Shown: positions 7,332 to 15,941 of the stretch, in pieces
How the letters are laid out: every line of letters begins with the position of its first letter
How positions within the stretch are numbered: position 1 is the stretch's first letter
Origin: Candidatus Thorarchaeota archaeon
Lineage (GTDB): Archaea; Asgardarchaeota; Thorarchaeia; Thorarchaeales; Thorarchaeaceae
Direction: 5' to 3'
Length of the DNA: 15,941 nucleotides
NCBI GenBank assembly: GCA_048882385.1
Contig: JBHLRQ010000075.1
Span: 1 to 15,941 of the forward strand
Notes under the pieces: generated by a model
Databases searched by the model: none
What the model saw: the letters and a program-made list of their open reading frames with translations, nothing else
Told to the model about the DNA's origin: nothing
Position numbers and translations under genes: made by a program

Positions 7332-7766
7332 TCAGGCAATCACAACGTTGTTTAGATCGAAGTGGCGACGCACCAAAATTCGTGCTCGAGCAACGTTTCT
7401 TCCATCACGACCAATGGCAATTCCACGATCTTCAGTATTCACAGTGACTGATGCCACTCTAGTGCCATCTCGATGTTCAACAATTTTCACTTGCTCAACT
7501 CGGGCTGGCGCAAGAGCGCTCTTGACAAATGCTTCAGCGGTTTCAGCCATTTCTACAACATCAACAGCACGTCCAAAAGCCTCAGAAGCAGCTTTTACAT
7601 TGACTCCACCGCGACCTATAGCTTTACCTAATTGTTTTGGGCGGACTACGACGATAATCCTCTCACCTTCATCATCACGAATTACATCGATAGCTGCTGC
7701 CCCTGTAATCTGTTCAAACTTTGCGATGAGAGCCATGTCTTCCATGGAGAGTTTTACTCGGGCCAA
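7332..7766 (-). CDS. nusA: Archaeal NusA (KH-domain transcription factor)
   Basis: FEQITGA, two KH GxxG loops (GKAIGRGGVNVK, GIAIGRDGRNV), canonical position between rpl30e and rps12. TTG start with GAGGCG SD. Confidence 0.95.
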   Translation of the reverse strand: MARVKLSMEDMALIAKFEQITGAAAIDVIRDDEGERIIVVVRPKQLGKAIGRGGVNVKAASEAFGRAVDVVEMAETAEAFVKSALAPARVEQVKIVEHRDGTRVASVTVNTEDRGIAIGRDGRNVARARILVRRHFDLNNVVIA

Positions 7767-7777
7767 AAAAAATCGCC

Positions 7778-8071
7778 TCAGACCATCTTTAAAATTTTTG
7801 AATCACCTGGTTTTATTATTGCTATTGCAGAAACCATGAACGGTTTGCCGACAATTTCACCTAGATCCCAAGAAGTGCCTTCGAACCGTTGAACCTTGAT
7901 TTCAGCCAGATTGGCAAATCTTGAAATGTCTTCATAGTCGTCCTGTGGACAGTTCGATGCAACTACGACTAATTTTGCTGCGCCACTCTTGATAGCATCT
8001 ATTGAAGACTTGGCGCCTATTTTGCACTCGCCTGTGTTTACTGCACTTGCTATTGGTTGATTCAGGCTCAT
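7778..8071 (-). CDS. rpl30e: 50S ribosomal protein L30e (eL30)
   Basis: AVNTGECKIG, AKLVVVASNCP, FEGTSWDLGEIVGKPFMVSAIAIIKPGDSKIL; conserved synteny; GAGGT SD. Confidence 0.96.
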   Translation of the reverse strand: MSLNQPIASAVNTGECKIGAKSSIDAIKSGAAKLVVVASNCPQDDYEDISRFANLAEIKVQRFEGTSWDLGEIVGKPFMVSAIAIIKPGDSKILKMV

Positions 8072-8132
8072 TGTACGACCTCGTATTTGATTTGTGGACA
8101 GAACCGAACGGGTTGCCTCAGAGGGTTTTCAG

Positions 8133-8146
8133 TTTTAATGTTTCCG
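8133..8146 (-). promoter_or_regulatory. Putative internal BRE + TATA promoter upstream of rpl30e
   Basis: Minus strand CGGAAAC-ATTAAAA, nearly identical to the EF-1alpha upstream element CGAAAC-G-ATTAAAA. Confidence 0.5.
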
Positions 8147-8157
8147 CCGTGGTCCTA

Positions 8158-12175
<4,018 letters not shown>

Positions 12176-12182
<7 letters not shown>

Positions 12183-12193
12183 CTAGATCATCT
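12176..12193 (-). repeat. Perfect 9-nt tandem duplication (AGATGATCT x2) spanning the rpoB stop and rpoA' start
   Basis: Minus strand G-AGATGATCT-AGATGATCT-CG reads GAG ATG ATC TAG ATG ATC TCG. Confidence 0.85.
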
Positions 12194-15100
12194 CCTTCAA
12201 TCGTAGCCTGGTGGCCAGGCCGAGTGACATCATTTCTTGTATTAGAAGTTTGAATGCGTAAGACACGACAACGCTACTGATTTTCGCATTGCTTCCGCAA
12301 ATTGGACAGTAATATTGGTCTTTGTTTCGATCATAGACACCAATTAGACCGCATTCCTCACAGACGAGCATGTTGCTCTTGTCAGATTCATCAAGAAGTC
12401 GGCCTTTGAGAAGAATGGCTGCTCCGTGACCAATCAATACGTCACGTTCCATTTCTCCAAACCTTAGACCACCTTCTCTGGCACGTCCTTCAGTAGGTTG
12501 ACGAGTAAGAATCTGGACTGGACCACGGGCTCGAGCGTGTATCTTGTCTGCAACCATGTGATGGAGTTTTTGATAGAAAATGACACCTATGAAGATGTCA
12601 ACCTTGAGTTTCTCACCAGTGATTCCAGAGTACATAGTTTCTCGACCATTGTGTTTCAGACCATGTTTCTTGAGCGTGTCAAAGAGCTCTTGTTCTGTAA
12701 CGCCACAGAATGGTGATGCATCTTGCTGTTTACCGACCATGCATGATGCCTTACCAGCAACCATCTCCAGAATCTGACCAATAGTCATTCTACTTGGAAT
12801 GGCATGCGGGTTGATGAGTAGATCAGGCACAACTCCGTCTTCTGTGAATGGTAGATCTTGTTGAGGTACAATATATCCGATTACTCCCTTCTGTCCGTGG
12901 CGAGATGCATACTTATCACCCAACTCAGGGATTCTAAGGTCTCGAACCTTGACCTTCACCAAGCGATTTCCATCAATGGTTTCAGTAAGGATGACACTGT
13001 CAACGACACCAGCTTCTCCATGACGCACAGCCACAGAAGTTTCACGACGGTTTGGAGAAGCAATTTCAAACTCGGAATATTCCTCTAAAAATCTCGGTGG
13101 GGAAGTTCTACCAATGAGCACGTCACCACCCAGAACCTCTACCTCGGTTTCAATTATACCATCTTCACCAAGATTTCTGTAGGATTCTGATGCTCTGTAT
13201 CCTCTCACGCTGCGATCTGGAATTTCAAACCGGTCCTCCTGTCCACCAGGATACTTTCGTTCTTCACTCTCGTATACTCTTGCGAAAGTACTCCTTCCTA
13301 GACCTCTCTCAATGGATGCCTTGTTCATAATGAGAGCATCTTCAATGTTATAGCCTTCAAATGATAGGATGGCTACGATGAAATTCTGTCCTGCAGGACG
13401 ATCCTCGTAACCAATAGAATCCATGGCACGGGTCTTTACTAGTGGAATTTGAGGATAGTGGAAAAAGTGTGAACGCGTATCAGCACGATATCTGAAATTG
13501 GAGGCTGGTACACCTACTGACTGTTTTGCCATACCGGCCATGTACACATTACGGGGTGATTGGTTTCTTTCTGGAAATGGAATGAGTGCAGCTGAGATTC
13601 CCAATATTGTTGATGGAACTATTTCCAAGTGAGTAGTATTGGGACCTATCTCATCAGGATACATAGCAATTAGTGTATTCTCTTCTTCCTCGGCATCAAT
13701 AAATTCTACATTACCATTTCTAAGAAGATCAAGGAATCCCCATTCATTGTCCTCCACCATTCTCAGATGCTCATCAGTGAGACGACTTTTTCCATTCTCA
13801 ACTACAATGACAGGTCTTCTTACACGCCCAGCATCACAGTTGACTTGAACTTCATGCGTATCCTCGTAGTATGCAATGTTTGTCTGATGGTCAATCTCAC
13901 CTGTACGACGCTTCTGACGCATCGTCTTCACTAATACCTGTGGAGCAGGGTGGATTCCAACAAGTCGACCATTCAGAAAGACATCTGCCCATTTTGTGCC
14001 TCGTTTTCCACGGAGTTTCTCGATGGGTTCGACTTCTGCCTTGAGTAACGCACGTTCTACTGAGTCTTCTTCTGTACCTACTGAAATGTAAGCCATCATT
14101 GCAATGTTTTTCACAAGGCCACAGTTTGGTCCTTCAGGAGTTTCGTTAGGACAAATCTTGCCCCAGTGAGTTGAGTGAAGGTCTCGTGCTTCGAAGTGTG
14201 GCTGCGAACGTGAAAGTGGAGAAACAACTCTTCTAAGATGGGATAGTGAAGAGATGTAGTTGGTACGATCAAGTAGTTGTGATACACCTGCTTTGCCACC
14301 GACCCAGTTGCCCGTGGCCAAAGCATGCTTTAGTCTCTGTGTGATTACATCAGCCCTAACTGCAGTTCTGATATTGGGTTTGCGACCACGAACTGCGGTA
14401 CGTTCCAGCTGGTACTTGATATCACGAGTCAGTGAATAGAGAGCGACTCGGAACAACGACATTAGAAGGTCTCCTGAGAGCTTCAGGCGTTTGTTAGCAT
14501 AGTGGTCCTTGTCATCGGGTGCACGTTTGCTAAGAACTAACTCAAGAAGACGTTCAACCATCTGACCAAGGTAGTACGCTTTCTGAAGGCGACTATCATC
14601 TTCTGTTCCAATATGTGGCAAAAGATAACGGTCGAGTACCTTCTCTGCACGGGCCAGTCTGTACTCTTTCGTCTGACCAACAGCCACACGCTTTCCAATA
14701 AAGTCCAAGGCATTGGTACGGGTTGAGCCTTCTTCTTCATCACGTGCTGCGTTAATCGGAGCTGATTGTTCGATTGTGACAATCAACTCATTTCTGATTT
14801 CATCATCGTCTGAGATGACATCAACGATTTCCCTATCAGACTCGAGCCCAAGAGCTTTCAGAAGAATAGCTAGTGGAATCTTACCAGGCACTGATGGAAA
14901 TGAAACTCTCAACTCACCTGTGCGCTTTCGCTCGATTGTCACTGGTGCTCTGAATCCACGAGAAGTCGAGAAGACTTTACCAATGTGAGTGTAGCTAGAA
15001 CTCTTGCTTGCCTCTTCAATCAGAATCCGATTAGGCGCCAAGTCCTCTTGTGTTACAAGAACACGCTCTGACCCATTGATAATGAAATACCCGCCGGGAT

Positions 15101-15554
15101 CCTTTGGATCTTCACCATGTATGATGAGTTCATCATCTGATAGACCATAAAGATGACATTTCTCACTTCGGAGCATGACTGGTAGATCACCAATGTATAT
15201 CCTCATGGTTTCAAGTCGTGTTGATACTGACCCTTCTTTTCGGACTGGAGTCATGTCAAGATGTATCTTGCTCGCATACGTGAGATTTCTAATTCTAGCT
15301 TCATTAGGATAGAGCTTGTGTTCGCTACCATCAGCTTCGCGTATAGATGGCTCATCAATGTGGATATCACCTAGTTCCACTACATAGCCTTCTATCTTCG
15401 GCGTCAGCTTACCAACACTATCTACTACATGCTGGAGCTCTTCTCTGATAAACCGATTAAACGAGTCAAGATGTTGGCCTACTAATCCATACTGACCGAA
15501 GAATGACTCTATTACTGGCCAATACTTGTCTCGATCTGTTGTACCCTTTGCCAT
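12183..15554 (-). CDS. rpoB: DNA-directed RNA polymerase subunit B (Rpo2), unsplit
   Basis: DPGGYFIINGSERV, ICPNETPEGPNCGLVKN, GYNIEDA, GDKYASRHGQKG, NPHAIPSRMTIGQ, RQPTEGRAREGGLRFGEMERD, C-terminal Zn site CEEC...CPIC; single 1123-aa chain. Confidence 0.99.
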   Translation of the reverse strand: MAKGTTDRDKYWPVIESFFGQYGLVGQHLDSFNRFIREELQHVVDSVGKLTPKIEGYVVELGDIHIDEPSIREADGSEHKLYPNEARIRNLTYASKIHLDMTPVRKEGSVSTRLETMRIYIGDLPVMLRSEKCHLYGLSDDELIIHGEDPKDPGGYFIINGSERVLVTQEDLAPNRILIEEASKSSSYTHIGKVFSTSRGFRAPVTIERKRTGELRVSFPSVPGKIPLAILLKALGLESDREIVDVISDDDEIRNELIVTIEQSAPINAARDEEEGSTRTNALDFIGKRVAVGQTKEYRLARAEKVLDRYLLPHIGTEDDSRLQKAYYLGQMVERLLELVLSKRAPDDKDHYANKRLKLSGDLLMSLFRVALYSLTRDIKYQLERTAVRGRKPNIRTAVRADVITQRLKHALATGNWVGGKAGVSQLLDRTNYISSLSHLRRVVSPLSRSQPHFEARDLHSTHWGKICPNETPEGPNCGLVKNIAMMAYISVGTEEDSVERALLKAEVEPIEKLRGKRGTKWADVFLNGRLVGIHPAPQVLVKTMRQKRRTGEIDHQTNIAYYEDTHEVQVNCDAGRVRRPVIVVENGKSRLTDEHLRMVEDNEWGFLDLLRNGNVEFIDAEEEENTLIAMYPDEIGPNTTHLEIVPSTILGISAALIPFPERNQSPRNVYMAGMAKQSVGVPASNFRYRADTRSHFFHYPQIPLVKTRAMDSIGYEDRPAGQNFIVAILSFEGYNIEDALIMNKASIERGLGRSTFARVYESEERKYPGGQEDRFEIPDRSVRGYRASESYRNLGEDGIIETEVEVLGGDVLIGRTSPPRFLEEYSEFEIASPNRRETSVAVRHGEAGVVDSVILTETIDGNRLVKVKVRDLRIPELGDKYASRHGQKGVIGYIVPQQDLPFTEDGVVPDLLINPHAIPSRMTIGQILEMVAGKASCMVGKQQDASPFCGVTEQELFDTLKKHGLKHNGRETMYSGITGEKLKVDIFIGVIFYQKLHHMVADKIHARARGPVQILTRQPTEGRAREGGLRFGEMERDVLIGHGAAILLKGRLLDESDKSNMLVCEECGLIGVYDRNKDQYYCPICGSNAKISSVVVSYAFKLLIQEMMSLGLATRLRLKEMI

Positions 15555-15615
15555 GTAATCACATCGTGATTGTGAAGGACGGGGGAACTACTGCTATGCA
15601 TACACGCTTCCCAAC

Positions 15616-15623
15616 GCATTAAA
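15616..15623 (-). promoter_or_regulatory. Possible TATA box of the RNAP operon
   Basis: TTTAATGC on the minus strand about 60 nt upstream of the rpoB ATG; no clear BRE. Confidence 0.3.
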
Positions 15624-15708
15624 CCCAGAAATCCGAGCTCATCAATGCCTGCAATAGCCGCCCCGCGTATTGTTTTGCTCTAACAGACCTACTCCGAGCC
15701 ACATGCAA

Positions 15709-15785
15709 TGGCGGGCTCGGCGGGATTTGAACCCGCGGCCATCAGGTTAAAAGCCTGCTGCGCTACCTAGCTGCGCCACGAGCCC
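15709..15785 (-). tRNA. tRNA-Lys(UUU), intronless, CCA encoded
   Basis: GGGCTCG TG GCGC AGCTAGGTA GCGC A GCAGG CTTTTAA CCTGA TGGCC GCGGG TTCAAAT CCCGC CGAGCCC G CCA: full cloverleaf, anticodon TTT, discriminator G73, G15-C48, 77 nt. Confidence 0.97.
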
Positions 15786-15941
15786 TCTCTGCCCCATAGT
15801 CGATGACATCATCGTGCATTACAACATGTCAAATGGATGCAATTTACGACCATGCATGAGTGGGAAGCAGTTCTGTCTGAGCAAAGGACGGGGAATTCTG
15901 TAGCCATAAAAGGGTTGCGATAAAACACAGAAATGGAGTAA

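Noticed and set aside
7141-7839. 232-aa plus-strand ORF
   Set aside because: Antisense to rps12, nusA and rpl30e; Ser/Arg/Ala-rich shadow composition with no domain signal.
8072-8130. Possible kink-turn or autoregulatory site in the rpl30e leader
   Set aside because: Only a weak 4-bp stem (AACC/GGTT); no tandem G-A pairs with a 3-nt bulge found.
15557-15571. Short inverted repeat AATCAC-GAT-GTGATT over the rpoB ribosome-binding region
   Set aside because: 6-bp AT-rich stem with a 3-nt loop; too weak to call without conservation data.
15600-15650. Possible C/D-box sRNA (TGATGA on the minus strand)
   Set aside because: No CTGA D or D' box at suitable spacing.

Overview
Archaeal core-genome window; every supported gene is on the minus strand. 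In transcription order: tRNA-Lys(UUU), rpoB (unsplit), rpoA' (rpoA1), rpoA'' (rpoA2), rpl30e, nusA, rps12, rps7, then six accessory genes (EamA transporter, small 2-TM protein, AstE/AspA-family metallohydrolase, HemG-like flavodoxin, tandem-SH3 protein, membrane-anchored serine hydrolase), then EF-1alpha, which runs off the left edge. The ORF track misses two real genes: EF-1alpha (edge-truncated, TTG start) and rps12 (no ATG/GTG/TTG, apparent CTG start). Unsplit rpoB, split rpoA and no EF-2 next to rps7 fit a TACK/Asgard-type archaeon; Asgard (possibly Thorarchaeota) is my inference, not proven. Main oddities: a ~58-aa histone-H1-like Lys/Thr/Ala/Pro tail on RNAP subunit A''; rpoB and rpoA' in one frame, separated only by a TAG at the join of a 9-nt tandem duplication; a CUG-initiated rps12 overlapped (CTGA) by a hairpin-containing uORF; and no rpoH upstream of rpoB. 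No mobile element, CRISPR array or defence system is evident.
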